DNA of 64,000 bases from Bugula neritina (taxonomy: Eukaryota; Animalia; Bryozoa): NCBI GenBank assembly GCA_964035545.1, contig OZ037771.1:13639133-13703132 (forward strand), read 5' to 3'. The notes under the pieces were generated by a model. That model saw only the letters and a list, made by a program, of their open reading frames with translations, did no database searches and was not told where the DNA came from. Position 1 is the first letter of the stretch; the number at the start of each line of letters is the position of its first letter. This document shows, in pieces, positions 30,804 through 46,100 of the stretch. A program made the position numbers and the translations under genes.

Positions 30804-31862
30804 TCAATTGCAGGTGTCTGTTTTGGTATCATATATTCTGGACACATCAGCACAAGTGGATTTGAGAAATGCCTGGACAATTTCTCCATCTGAGTTCTGC
30901 ATTGCAACAACCATCCTAAAAATCATAAAAATTACCTGCTGATAGTACAACTATAATAAGCTTATGGTTAATTCTAAGAGTAGCGTTTTTATAATTTGTG
31001 AATAGTTTTGACTTTAAAATCATATGTAAATTCTTTGTCATAACTTACAAAGCTTTTTTATCTAAAGAAGGTTTACAATTTTTGTAGAGCGCATGCACTA
31101 GAACTTAAATGACAACAGAGTAAAATAGAGAAATGTGATTTGTACAGAACTTATAAATATTATAGCTCAACATCAACAATTCATTCAATTATTTAAAAGT
31201 TGAAATAGGTATGTGCCAAAGAATACTCCAACATTTTTTTCTTGCCCCCAAACTTAATAAAATGTTACCAAGAATGAATTAAATAATAATTAAATCTTTA
31301 ATCAAAGTTTTAAAAAAAATATTTTCACCCTTTTCACACCACAAACATTTTTTTATTGTTATTAAAGTTAAAGTTTTTATTAAAGGTAGACAACCTACGG
31401 TAATTTTTTAAGATGGAGATAAATTCCGAGATTTTTCATAAATTGGGAGTTGTTGAGTTTGGTCTGAATTTTACTTATCACAGCTGGAACTTCTGTAATG
31501 TTGGCTGAATACAGCTGGTCAGTGGTCCAGATAGCAGTCAAAACATCACCATCACAGTTATAGATTCGCTCAGAATCAGGAGATGATACGTTACATTCTG
31601 AAATGCCAAGCAGAGAGCATAATTAAGCAGTTGAGTCTCTTATGTAATACTTATGTAATACATTGCACATTCAGATAGATCTAGCTTAGATTCAATTTAA
31701 GATTAAATTAGACTAGTTACATTCTCTCTCTCTCTCTCTCCCAAACACACACACACACACAGACACGCAAACACACACGCACACAAACACATGCACACAC
31801 ACAGACACGCAAACACACACGCACACAAACACATGCACACACACACACAGACACACAAACAG

Positions 31863-31903
<41 letters not shown>

Positions 31904-31920
31904 AACACACACACACGCAC

Positions 31921-31970
<50 letters not shown>

Positions 31971-34640
31971 GCACACACACACACACACACACACCGACAC
32001 ACACACCAACACGCACGCACGCAGGCAGGCAGGCAGGCAGGCAGAAAGATACACACATACACACATGTAAATTGCACATTGAGATATATTTTCTAACAAA
32101 CTACATTGTATTGTTACCTTTGTCACAGATTTTATCAATATGCCTTTGCCTGAGGTTGAGTGCATCAGTCATGGCATTTAGAAAACTTTTCTCTTGTAAG
32201 AAATAGCACGGCAGCTGATACTGAACTTGAAAAGCTAGCTTTCTCACTATTGGCGATTCTACATATATATTAAAGCAACTCTCAATATATATATATATAT
32301 AACCTAAAAATTATAATAATATAATGGAAAAATAATGTAAAAGATAACTACAGCATAAACCATTCAGCTATATATCAACTAACTTTCAACTATGACGAAA
32401 GATTCACACATCTTGCTTGTTATTTTATGAACTCCTATTGTGAAATTTTCTTTAGAAATTCCATCTGTCAGAAAAACCTCAACTGAATTCTGGCCAGGCT
32501 TTAGGAAGACCGTGATGTTTTCATATAAACACAGATTATCACCTATGCAAGACAAATGAAAAAAAGCAAACCTAGATTGTAATTAACATCGCAACAGAAA
32601 TAAAATATTTAAACATAGATATAATCATCTATAACACAAAGGAAAGGAACAACAGGTATTATTAATATTTATGCAACAATTAAAAGTGTTTTTATATTGT
32701 AGCCAGATGTGAAGGTAGGATCAATACTATTTATAGAAGCATCTTTGATACAGCAGACAATCCAATTAGGAAAACCTTTTTTAAATCAGATTTTGATAGA
32801 GTTTAAAAGAATATGTGTTATACAATATTACTGTACCGTATAGCTTATATATATCATTGTACATTCCAACATAGACCTCTCGACCAATTTTCAGCAAAGA
32901 CACAGGTCCAAATGGCAGCAAGCTACTAGTTTCACAGTCAAGTTCTCCGCTGAAACAAACTGGCCCAATCAAATGCTTGTTTAGATCTAGCAGCTTCAGT
33001 TTTCTGTTTCCATAATCTGCCACAAGGAAAAGGCCATCTGCAACTTCTTCCATGCTATAAATACTCCTCAACTTAGCTTCATTGACTTTACCGATTTTAT
33101 CACCGGGGGTTGTTTTGGAACCAACTACAACGTCGTTGCTAATAGTTCCATTACTAGACCAGCTAACTTTAGTAATAAAGTAATAGTAGTTAGTAACAAA
33201 TAGATCCATACCATCCCACCGTAATCCACTTGGCTCCTTAAACCCGAACTTGAGAATCGTCTTTAGTGTTCCAGTATTTATATCAACAGAGACCAATGCT
33301 TGGTTATATTGATCAGTGACCAGCAACATGCCTGGATTCCTAACATCTAGTTCCAGTCCCCAGGGGTGGAAGAACTGTCCCTTCGTAACCCCGTATTCGG
33401 TATAACCGGTGGTGTTACAAGTTCCAGCTAAAACTTTTATCTGTTTATTTCTTCTGTTGATGGTTTTGATACAGTGGTTCCTGTAGTCCACTAGAGCCAC
33501 AAAACTGCTGTTAATTTGTGCAAAGCTAGTTATTGTCATTTTGTTTGAAGTAAGGACTGTAGATGTTTTTCCATCTGTTGTTAAAAGATCTTGAGAAGTG
33601 CTGACTAAGAGACTTCCATCTTCCTTGTATTGGTCAACCTCCATGTCATATACTGTATTCGAAATCTTAAGAAACAGTTCCGAACTTCTGTAGGATACGC
33701 TAAAATGAAATAAATTAAAAAAATTGTTGGTGTACGTAGGCCTATTTGTAACAAAAGTGATAAAAATATAAAACATACTTGAAGGAATATATAATATAAT
33801 TTTACTATATTGAACCTTTTTCCAATCTGGTTGACAAACAACAAATAAAATATGTTTTAAATTTTTTTATAGCTACGGTAATTTTAGAGATTTTCCAGCA
33901 TTATCAAACATTGTGTGTTATTGTTGTGAAATTGTGCCTCATGAAATATGCATTTCAGAGTTATATTCTTTTTACCAATTTATCGTGTTGCAACAATTAA
34001 CACTGATACCGGAAATTTGTTGTCCGAAATTCCGGATCCCAATTTTCAGACAACAAAGGATATTTTGTGTGCGTGTTATTTGTTATATTTGTATAAAAGC
34101 AGGCAAGTTTCAGTGTAGATTCAGTCTACCACTGGAGCTTGCTTGTGAAGGACCTAATTTCTACTCTACAATAAAAGCTGCTATTATCTACAACTTCATC
34201 ACTTCTTGTTCTCTCCTAAGTCACATTTGACCCACAAGTTTATCACACTATTTTAGAAAAAAATAGCAGTCTATAGCACAGATGTACAAGTAATTGGAAA
34301 TTAAAATAAATAAGGAGCCTAAACGCCACTGTGAACAGTTTTTAATAGTTTAGTCTCCTTCATTAGTTCCACCAACCATTGCGCTAAATAAAACTATGAC
34401 CACAAGATTGTGCAAATATTCTACTCAGACTATTAGAAATGAAAAAACTTAAAGCCTACCTTGAGTTATATTGCCAGTTAGCCCCAGCAATTCCAGCAAG
34501 TATGATCACAATCTAAAAAATATTTCAATACTATATTATATATATTATGTTATAATTAAATTAATTTATTTGAATTCTGTTAGCTGTGTAACATTACTTG
34601 AAGTACTTACAATTATTGTGAGGAAACTGGAGCATGTCAT
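30804..34640 (-). CDS. Paralog 5: secreted NHL beta-propeller + 1 HYR-like + Cys-rich C-terminal domain (518 aa). Exons 34611-34640, 34460-34512, 32837-33699, 32384-32542, 32118-32258, 31399-31597, 30804-30915
   Basis: GT-AG junctions, 1557 nt in frame. Signal MTCSSFLTIIIVIILAGIAGA. NHL motif FFHPWGLELDVRNPGMLLVTDQYNQAL. C-terminus STCADVSRIYDTKTDTCN*. Closest to paralog 4 (shared 159-nt HYR exon and PDSExIYNC). Confidence 0.87.
31724..32064. repeat. Compound (CT)n/(CA)n/(GCAG)n microsatellite
   Basis: Seen directly; intronic in paralog 5. Confidence 0.97.
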
Positions 34641-34772
34641 TGTCAACTTTGAGAAGAAGATATTTAGCTTTTCAAACGGAGCTGTTGAACTGTAGTTCTT
34701 GGCCTATTTGTGCAGTAAATAACTACTAGCAGTAAGGTGGTGATAATACTCCATGTTATCTATGTTATGTAA

Positions 34773-34844
34773 ACACACACAAACATACACACATAGCTAC
34801 ACACACCCACGCCCACGCCCACGCCCACGCCCACGCCCACGCAC

Positions 34845-34920
<76 letters not shown>

Positions 34921-34980
34921 GTGCATGTGTGTGTGCGTGTGCGTGTGCGTGTGCGTGTGCGTGTGCGTGTGCGTGTGCGT

Positions 34981-35050
<70 letters not shown>
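34773..35050. repeat. Compound (CA)/(CCCACG)n/(TG)n/(TGCGTG)n microsatellite just upstream of paralog 5
   Basis: Seen directly. Confidence 0.97.
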
Positions 35051-35054
<4 letters not shown>

Positions 35055-36126
35055 GGTGTTCAGCTAAAACCAAAGCTCTTACAAAAAAGAAAACAACTAA
35101 ATATATTCCAATTCTTAAAAAAATAGATAATCATAAGCCAAATAGAATGTAATAATTTTTATTAGTTAGATATACCTACAGCTGAGCTAATTTTATATAA
35201 TATACACATATTACTAAATGATCAGCTAGCACTGAGTGATGTAAACTGGCCGGTAACTGCATCCCAGAGACATCCAATAATATTTATAATAACATGCTAT
35301 CATGTTAAATTAGAGATGACTGATAAAACATTATATATATTGCTCAAATTAAATTACAGTGTTAACCTTATAATTTAGCTGCAGTGCGATAAACAGCTTA
35401 GAAATATGTTGATTTGCATGTCTGCCAGCTGTACATGGCCTAAATAAAAGATATTATATAGTTTTAGGCTCATTAATCAAATTAATAATTAATTTATTTC
35501 AATCAGCATATACAAATATCTGAAAGCAAGATAATTTTTTTTACAATTTTAGAAAGCTATAATATTGTTTTAAATGGTTTATTTAAAGTAGAAAATGTGT
35601 AATTATGTTTGCAAAGTTATTAAAAGCTAATTTTAAGAGTGCATTTATATTCTCTTAAGAGGTGAATGGTTACAAAGCATGTTAGAGTTCATATATGTTT
35701 AATGTAATTTTACAATAATATATATATAGGAGTTGAAAAGTTTGAGTTTGTTAGAAAATTAGGCTATAAAGTATTGTGCCATATTACATCTGAGCAGAAA
35801 TTACATATGGAAACTTTTAGAATATTTCTAGCTATCCCACAATGCATACATTTTGCAAAAACCAGAGAGTGTAAAATAATGGTCCTTCCACTGGGAATTA
35901 AACCGCCGACTTCCGGGCTTTTCAAGTATTCTTTTAAAGCTTTCTATAGCTTTTTCTTTAAAAGCTTTTATTAGCTTTTCTCTGAAGACTCATATAATAT
36001 ACAGTAACAATTATATAGTATGGTAGGTTATGCGTATTTATCTGCTGTGTGTATAGCAAGCCTTCTATACATGTTCTATATTATAGTCGTATTTTATTAA
36101 TTGCTTACTTTTCATATGCATGGCAC

Positions 36127-36270
<144 letters not shown>

Positions 36271-37437
36271 AGTCTGTCAGTGTTAAAATACTCAATTTAT
36301 ATGGTAAAACCTAATTGGCAAAGATAGAGATATAGCGCCGCATGCTGTTTTCAAATAACATTTACGCCTGCATGTACTGTGCAAAGTTAAGCAAAACATA
36401 TTATTATAGTATACCAAACAATATAATAATATAATATAATAATTACAGTTTTCAGCCCTTAAGCTGCATGCACGCAGCTGATATATATCGTACTATCACC
36501 ATAATAAGTATTTCACATGAATTAGTGTGTAAAATATTTTGAGGTAAATATTTATTCTGCAGCATGCATGTAGATTCACTTTCAAAGCTAAACTTGCTTT
36601 TTAAATTTGTTATATAGTATGTTATTCTTTTCCGTAAAATAACTTATATGTATGGATTACTCTGCCAATCTGAGAAAAGCTTGAAACTAAAATGCACGAG
36701 GAGCTGTTACAGTAGACTTATTATAACTGGTATTGGCTATACTTTTACCAAAAACAAAAAATGAATGACATGAAAAAAAACAATACAAGTTAAAAACTAA
36801 TTGTATTTCAATAATATTTCGAAATTTAAAATATTTAATATATAATAAATATTTTTGAACTAATAAAATAAACATTGAACTATATAATAAAGAAGGACTA
36901 GAGTTAAAAAAATTTCTGCTACAACATTTTAACTCAAACTCAGGATGTGGGATATACCAATGGATTTTTTTTTCAGAAATATAGATCAAATTAGTTCGAA
37001 TAAAATTCTAATATTAAGACAGGATATTTAATATACGCCCTCATTTATTGCTAAAAATGTTTTTTCTTTATTCTCCATGCATATATATTAAAAAGATTAA
37101 TTTATGCTTGCATACATTTATTTTATTAAATTATGATTTCAACTATAATTTATTATGTAAATTAAGAAAGTAGTAATTTAAGCAAATTATAATATATAAT
37201 ATATATTTGCCAAATTCAAAACCATGATCATGCTAGTACAAATATTTTTTTAGTTTAAATTAACTGAATGGTTCCCAGAGAGAAACATCCGGGTATCAGC
37301 TGAATAAAGCTGTTGAAAGTAAGAAACTATGCTATTAATAACAATATGTTTAAGAAAATTTTAACAATTGCTAAAACCATTAAAATATAATTAAGAAGAA
37401 AGAACAATGTCTACATAGTTTTACTCGTGATATTAAT

Positions 37438-40400
37438 TTACGAGCAGGTTCTTTTCTCCGAGTCATACAGTTTCGTCTCATCAGCACAGGTTGTAGTCAA
37501 TACTAACCCAACGTACTCCCCTCTGGAGATTGGTATACCATTAACAACTCTAATAAAATATAAAACATAAACCTAATTGCATGTTGCATGCTTGAAAAAT
37601 TCATTGTATAAACTGTAACAGTTATAAAACAATCAGTTCTATAAAATGCTTACTAAATGACACATGCAAGAACAGTTAATTCCCAATCTACTTGATACTC
37701 AACATAGAGCAATTTTATATGCAGAATAGAAAAAATATATGACCATGCTATAATTATTGAGTTTTTAATCAAATTCCTAGCTAGGTATAAACAAAGTAGT
37801 TTAAAAAAAAATGGTGTCAATATCACCTTTGACCTTCACCTTAAAGCTTCCATTATGGATGTCTGTTTTTCTCCTATATTTTAATCCATGTAATTAAATA
37901 GAGAACATAGATTTTGTAATCTTTATGTAAGATTTTTTATACTTGTAATGTATTTGTTTTCAAGTTATTTTTCATAGATGTAAAAAGCAAAGAAAAACAG
38001 TTTTTAAACTCAATCACCCGCACAAAGTGAAACTAATAATATCTAAAAGGTCAATGTGGGTGTTTGAAATTAAATATCAATACAATATATTGATCTTTTT
38101 TGCAAAAAAATGTGGGTATAATTATTGAAACATATACTAGGTTTCAGTAATGAATTCTAATGATAATTTTGAAAATTGATTTACTACTTATAGAACCAAA
38201 TAATACTTCAGGCCACACCCTTACAATAGGCAACATGGAATTACTATGTTAGACCACATAATAATGACACCCCTTACAATATTAGATAACACAATGGCCA
38301 CGCCCCTACAATAAGCAACATACTGGCGAACAATATGGTTTCTTGTGATTATACTTTAAATATATATTATTATGGTTGCATGACAGATGGATATAGATAT
38401 ATAGAACTATGTGCCTATAAAAAATGTACAGATTTGCACTAGATAATTTCATTTTGAAGTAAATTTCAGATTGCAGGCATTGTAGTTTGTTAGTTTGTTA
38501 CGATAAAGGCCTGGCCTCACACTCTGAAAATCACACGAAATTGTCTATTTGACACGAAAACACAATCGTAGGAGGATTTTTGAGGAAATTCAAACAAAAT
38601 TGTCTTTGTTGAGTGTACACAACGAAGGCGATGGATGAAAAATCACAATAAACGATAAAAACCATTAGATTGGTCAATAGAATTTTAGAAGCAGTAATTA
38701 TTTTATTTCTATCACGTTTCTTTATTTGGCAATTGTCTGCTGTTTGTATTCCGTGAAAGACTCCTTCACGGACCATTTATTATGTGCGTGGCTGGTCATA
38801 ACGAGAGGATAACTCATAAAAATCGTCACACAATTGCGTGGAATTCTCACAAGCGTGAGGCCAGGCCTTTCCATAGGTATGGCAATAGAAATATACAAAC
38901 AAAATGTAAAACATAAATACCAATCATTTTTCACAGTAAGGGGATACAACTTACGGAGGGTTTGCAGAGGGGACGTGAATCCCTAAGCTTTGCATTGTAG
39001 GGGAAAGGTTTAACAGTTTTTTAACTCTCGTTTGTATGGGCATGGGAAGGTGTGAACGCAGGTGAAACAGGTTGTCTGTTGGCCAAAACACGGTTAAAAA
39101 GTTATCGGAGCAAGTGTAGTGTGGTTCCAGATACGTTGAAATCACGCAGTCTACAAAATAATAAACTAAACTATTTTAGTATAAGCTAAATCTAGATAAA
39201 TATTCAACTATAATGATAAAATATTTCTGGACAATGACCTACATCACAGAGCAAATAGTTAAGGGCACCAGATTTAGATTTCAGAAGAAAAGAACTTTAC
39301 AATCAAGCTGCATCTTATTAGCTGCAATGCAAATTTTTTCACAAAATAATTTAATTTCTATTTTAAGCTACAATTTTTATTTTTTAAAGTTTATATTGAA
39401 GATATATAATTGATTATATAATTTGCAGGAAGCGCAATTGTTAGTAATTTTAGGATAACTTTAAAATTTAATTCAAAATAATATATAACAGCATTTTCAT
39501 CATATTATTTTATATATTAACGGATAAATTACTATTATTTTCAAAAATGAGAGCATGCAAGATATTTCTATTGGCACATATTTTGGGATATACTTGTATT
39601 TAAGTTAAAACAAAGCATAATACAAGGATTGTTGCCGTTCACAGCAGCATTACCAAAATATCATATTGAGTAAAATTACTTTAATATAATATTACATATG
39701 CCACAAATAGAAGTCCTATTATCTTCAACAATACCAATCAATTAAAGTTATAGAGCTTAACCAGTGAACATTAAAATCTACACAATAATATATTATTTTT
39801 TATGGATCTTTTAACTATAAAACATTCATTTAATTTTTTATAAGTAAATTATAATTAAATTAAAGAAACTAATTTTTTAAAGAATATTATTATGAACAAA
39901 TTACTACCGTGGGCACAGACGATTTGTATGAGTCGTTTTCGTCTAGACAAGGCGTCTAATAAATGATTTTTAAAAGTTCTTCTTTGGAGATATGAGCATG
40001 GAGCTTGATAAATAGCGTTGAACTCAAGTCTCTTGAGCACAGGAGTTGCTACAAACAGCATAAAACACCTCAGCATAACTTTGCTAGCAAGTACCTTATA
40101 ATCTCGAGTTTGCTCAAGAAATAGAAGTTTGTCAGTAGTTAAGTTAATGCTATCTTAACAACTATAATTACTGCATATCTATATCTGATCATTTAGATAA
40201 ACTAAAAAAGCTCTGTGTGGAGTCATACATTATACAAACACAATTCTATATAGAAACAAGTAATTGCTATACCACAAATTACGTGCTGAAATATAAACTA
40301 TACAATAACTCTTATATATATCAACACTTGCAATATAATTTGTGTTAGTTAGCAATTTCAAGTAACATATTATTGAATAAGTTATTATAAACAAAAGCCT

Positions 40401-41972
40401 TGAGCTTTAGGTTTTGTTACATGTTGAATGCAAGTCATATAACTGTATGCATTACAAAGGTGTAAATGTGTAGATAAGTAACATACTTTTAGTTAGTAAA
40501 TACACTCACAACTATATTTGTAAATGTTTTTCTCCATTCCGAGATAAATTTCTTCTCTTATAATAAGTAAGGAGATTGGAACACGTCCCAGTTTAGTACT
40601 TTTTGTGCAAGGCTCTTCATTAAGCAAGCACACTGGACCAACTTCTCTTTTACTCAAATCTATCAGCTTCAACTTGTAGTTCCTTCTATCTACTACAAGA
40701 TACTTCCTTCGTCCAATTGCTTCAATATCGTGAATAGTACTAAACTCCGCCACATCCAAACTCCCAAGGATGTCGTCAAACCCGGTACGCGAACCAGCAA
40801 ACAGCGTGCTGATGGCCGTTCCATTGCTAAGCCAACTAATGTGATTTATGTAGTGAAAATCAATCACCACTAGAAGTTGCTGGTCTGCCCACCTTAGCCC
40901 GAATGGTCTGTTTGGATATGGGAAGCAAATTACAGTGTTTACTTCTTTTGTAATTAGATCCACGGCTCTCAATGCAGAGTTATCCCGATCAGATATGAAC
41001 AAACGATTTGCATTTTTAATGTCTAATACAACACCGTAAGGATAATAAAATTGATTTCTGCCTAATCTACCTTCTTTATAGCCTCCAACGCCACACCTAC
41101 CCGCTAATACCTGAACAGCATTGGTATCTCTGTGCAACACTTTAACGCAATGTTCAAGGCACTCCACGAAAGCTACTTGAGTGCTGTTAATTTGCGTAAA
41201 ACCAGATAAAAACCTGACATGAGATAAAAGGGTTACAGTCTCTTTTCTATTAGCTGTCTGAAGCTTGTTAGTGGAACTTATCAGAAAGTTCCTGCCTTTT
41301 AAATACTTGTCAATCTCCATGTGATAAACTGGGTCAGTTGTATTGATATGCAACCCCGTGTATAAATAAGACATGCTACAATTATCAAATAAATGTTTCT
41401 ATAATAATATAATATTATAGGTATCAAATATGTATATCAGATAATTCAAACTTCCATGTATTGGGAAATTTTAATAAAAAACAGGTTTTTTGCAATGGTA
41501 GTATATATATGTAACTTTGTTTTATAGATTACCATTTAGATGATATACCATTATTATATAACTAGAAATTTGTATATTCAGTAATTTAGTGTAAGTGTAA
41601 AATATATTTTATTTATATATTTTGGCAAATCATAGGTTAAAAGTTTTAATTAAACTTTTAAATATGTTACTCATTGCATTAATTCAAGTATCTCCTTACA
41701 AAAACCTGTTCTTGCTTTTTGCTACCACAACTATGTTTTTGACTTTTGTGCAAATAAAGTGAAAATATTGAATAAAAGTACAAACCTTGATTTCTGGTTC
41801 CCAATTGCTTCCACCCATGCTGTGAGTTGCAGGGAAACCTGAAGCCAAATATTTAATTTGATTTATAAATCAAAATCTTGGCAAAAGTACATGATATATA
41901 TATACTCACATTATAATACAAGTCATTTTAATTAAGAAAACATACCATAAAGACAAACCATAGAAATCCCAT
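37438..41972 (-). CDS. Paralog 6: secreted NHL beta-propeller + Cys-rich C-terminal domain, no HYR module (464 aa). Exons 41946-41972, 41786-41838, 40510-41375, 39908-40048, 38955-39150, 37438-37549
   Basis: GT-AG junctions, 1395 nt in frame. Signal MGFLWFVFMVSLQLTAWVEA. NHL motif LAGRCGVGGYKEGRLGRNQFYYPYGVVLD. C-terminus TTCADETKLYDSEKRTCS*. Confidence 0.85.
38505..38870. mobile_element. MITE (~365 bp), possibly PIF/Harbinger-like, in the last intron of paralog 6
   Basis: Perfect 16-bp inverted repeat AAAGGCCTGGCCTCAC (38505-38520) / GTGAGGCCAGGCCTTT (38855-38870), with imperfect subterminal extension. Confidence 0.72.
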
Positions 41973-44060
41973 TCTGCTTAGTTTTGACAAGTCAACTTCT
42001 TTGCACTGTATGTAGTGATGTTATACTATACCCTTAGCTCTGCACAATATTTTAAAGGTTTGCACTCTGTAATTTAATTTATGAAAACTTCCAGTAGTTT
42101 AGCTATTGGTGTGAATTACATAAAAACTAAATTCTCCAATAACTATATTTATCTCAGCATGGGTATATGTGACTTTACTCTTTAGTGGTTATGAGTGTAA
42201 ACTTTCTGCTTTTCACAATAACATAATTGTCGTGAAATTTTCTGTAACCTTTTGTTTGACAATAAATAAAACTAAAGCTTTACTGGACAACTATATTATA
42301 ATTATACTAAAATGGCTTAATTGTACTTCTTGCACCTAGAAATATCCACAGGGAGACATTGGCTATTTGTGCCTTTATTTCAGAATTGCATGCTTCATGG
42401 TAAGAAAACCATGGGTATACCCGTAAGAGAATTATAATTAGTAGCTGTAGCCTAACAATAGCTTCAGACATTTAGTACACATTCCTTGAGATTATAGAGT
42501 AACACTATGAGACCCAAACTCAAAATTAGGTATATAGTTATTATTATAATATTAAGACATGAGCTTATATATAGCAGTTAGAGTCTTCATATAATTGTAT
42601 TTCTATGAGTCAATGTCAGCACGTTCAATTTACAGAAAGACGGCAAACATTAATCTGAGAAGTGAAAAATACTGCCAGATTAACCTTTTTTATTTGCTAG
42701 TAAAAATTATACATTATATTATACAATTTTTTTTCATGCAGCAGATGTCACCCAAGGAACAGAGGAAGCTTGGGGAGTTAGATTGTTGGCCTATAGTGAA
42801 CCTGAGGTTATGTTTCCGATTCCCATGGTAAAGGCCAATTGTGATGTTTAGAAGAGCATTCAGTCATAATTGCTCCTGTGCCTCATTTGAATGTAAGTTT
42901 TTAGTTAAATTCAATAGAAGCCCTATCAGGAATATAAGTAGCCAGATGAACTTCTGTATTCAGAAGGCAATTCTGAAGTTATATAATTATTGCAGAGACT
43001 TGAGTATACAAAGAAGCAACCTCAACTTGATTTTATAAATGACTTGTAAAATTTGCTGTCATTGATTATTTTCTGTGTACTCTAAAGCCATATCAACTAT
43101 GTAAGCTTACTAATAATCTGCTGGACAACCAGTATACTTATATAAGCTGTTACGATAAAACATAAGAAGCAATCATCTCAAGTTCGCCAATTTGTTATAG
43201 AATGATTTACACTACAAGCTTTGCTGTGTACAGCTGTTAAACAAGTGTTGTTAATTATAGTCAAATGGGAACAACCTTGTTTCTACTCAACTTGTAATTT
43301 TACTCACAGCTGGGGCATGGTAATGAATATTCTAGCTAAATTTATTAAAGTGCCATTCAGACAAGAGAAGACAACTGGTGCAGAGATTAAACTGAGATCA
43401 ATTCATGGAAAGACTATAATTGAAGGCCTCATTTTATATAGTAATAAATGATTAAATCTATGCGTCCCTTTTTGACAGCATTACACTATAAGTAATCACT
43501 CACATGCATATTGTTGGGGGGTCAATTCAAAACTTAAAAAAGATTAGTAGAGAAGAGAAAATACAGTCATTAACACATGCTTTTGCTTGCAGTAGTAGAA
43601 ATAGAGGAGGTAACTCTAAAGTAGAAAGATACCGATTGCCCATATTCTCTATAATATAGAATATATTATTATAGTAAGTAAATCAGCCATCTATCTACGC
43701 ATTCTAGTTGTCTATAATATAATGAATAAAGTGAAAATTTAAATGTAGGAGTTATGCTATTTAATGAGCTAAATAACGAGAAACTTACTTCTAGGTAGTG
43801 AACAATAATTAACATTAGAAAAAACTGCAACTGCAAAAAAGTAAAATTTTGGAAAGTTTGAAACAGCAAATTGTTGGTTTTGGTGCTAGCTATTACCAGA
43901 CTTATGAGTACGTAGCCTATACACTTTTTGTACTCTGTGAAAGTGCTTTCCGAAATTTCCATGTTATATTATGAAATTTACTCATTTTATTTAATATATT
44001 TTAAAAGAAGAATTTCCTAAAATTTTACTCTAATTATACTAATTCCTATTATCTATACTT

Positions 44061-44431
<371 letters not shown>

Positions 44432-44694
44432 AATATTTTTTTTTATCATCATTATTATGCGAGAAATGTTATGCATACACGGTGGTTATAACATGTGTAT
44501 ATATGTCATATAATAAATAAAGCACTACGATATTACTTATTTTACATATTATATAACTTGAAATCAAGAATTTTACAAACTCTACAGTTATGTAGAGAGT
44601 ATATCTTATAGCCAATTTACAATAACTATTAAATAGCACACCAACTGCATTAATTGTGCATTATAGCTAGCCACCACTTAATATTGTTGTTATT

Positions 44695-46100
44695 GTTCAA
44701 TTAGTTAGATGGTGTAATATACAGTAACACACAGTCTGAGGTAAAGAAGATAATATTTTAAACAAGTGCAGCTGTGAAAGTCCAGATGTCTATCTTGTAC
44801 GTCAGCAGTATATATTATGACAGCTATTATACCCTCTGGAAAGTTACTATATATATAGTTATACTTTGAGTTTAGATAAACTGACTGACGTAGTCTCTGA
44901 TACACATCTGTTTATTCTCTCAACACTTGAAGACTTGGAGTTAGTCTGCCTAGACAATATTTATCAGGCAGCTTTTATGGAAACTACTCTAGATTCTACA
45001 TGCATGATGTTTGTCAACTTTTTTGCAGCAAATGTTAATGCAAATTGTAATGCATGATGCTTATTATATTTGATTGATTATATAGATAAGAGTGGCACAC
45101 AATAAATAGCACAGGCAACATTCACACGGCATAGGTAAAATAGCATGCAAATAGAAAATTAGGTAAAATGGCACAATAGCCGATGGTATATTCGACCAAA
45201 ATCAAACTTCAAACCCCAAACCCCTAACCCCAAGCCAAATATTCCCCTATATAAACCTCAAACTGCCCCCAACCCAACCCTTCAACCCGAAACCCCAAAT
45301 TTGAAACTGTGACACATTTACCTAATTTTCCATTTGTACCACTATCACCTGCACAAAATTCCATTTGCCAATTTTGCCTGTGCTAACTTTAACCCCATTG
45401 TATATACTCCAAAGATAATATAAGTATAGACCATGTGATTATGCAACCCATGTTACAACTATAACATATATGGAGTTTAGGGAGGGATTTGGGGTTTGGG
45501 GTTAGGAGTTATAGTGCATGGTCTAGTTTTAAGGATTGCATGGGAGGTTGTAGGCTAGCAGGGGGGTTAGGGTGTGGGGATAGACACTAAGAGTGGGTGT
45601 TTGAGTTTGGGCAAAATTAGCATCAGTGTGCCAATTCATTTGCTTTTTTCATTTGTGATATGTTAAATTATAGCCTGTGCTATATTTGTACCTGTGCCAA
45701 CTATAATGTAGTATAGCTAACGTCATCTATTAATATTGTCAATCGTTGAATTAGTTTGAAGATGTAAATTGCAATAACGCACAGCTTGAGGTAAAAAAGA
45801 TATTATTTTAAACAACCAGCTGTGAAAGCCCAGGTGTCTATATAGTATCTTGTACGTAAGCAGTATAATATGACAGCTATTATGCCCTCTGCTGGAAAGT
45901 TACTATATATAGTTATACTATGAGTTTAGATAAAACTGACTGACGTAGTCTCTGATACACATCTGCTTATTTTCTCAACACTTAAAGACTTAGAGTTAGT
46001 CTGCCTGGGCAATATTGTTTTATAGGCAGGTTTTATAGAACCTTCCCTAGATTTTACTTACGTGGTGTTTGTCAACTTTCTTACACCAACTTTCGATGCA
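44695..46100. repeat. ~340-bp diverged direct repeat (about 44700-45040 and 45750-46100) separated by MITE-like DNA
   Basis: Shared blocks CAGCTGTGAAAG, TGACAGCTATTAT, GGAAAGTTACTATATATA, ACTGACTGACGTAGTCTCTGATACACATCTG, GAGTTAGTCTGCCT and TGTTTGTCAACTTT. Confidence 0.85.
45091..45397. mobile_element. MITE-like repeat with GGTAAAAT(A/G)GCACA subterminal units in inverted orientation and a degenerate (AACCCC/AACCCT) core; relatives near 8697-8937, 14575-14630 plus 17166-17265, 45480-45700 and 46140-46340
   Basis: Inverted arms such as TAGCACAGGCAA / TTGCCTGTGCTA, with the same motifs recurring at the other loci. Confidence 0.5.

Noticed and set aside
45200-45620. Interstitial telomere repeat
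   Set aside because: Only degenerate AACCCC/GGGTT units are present, inside a recurring MITE-like repeat.
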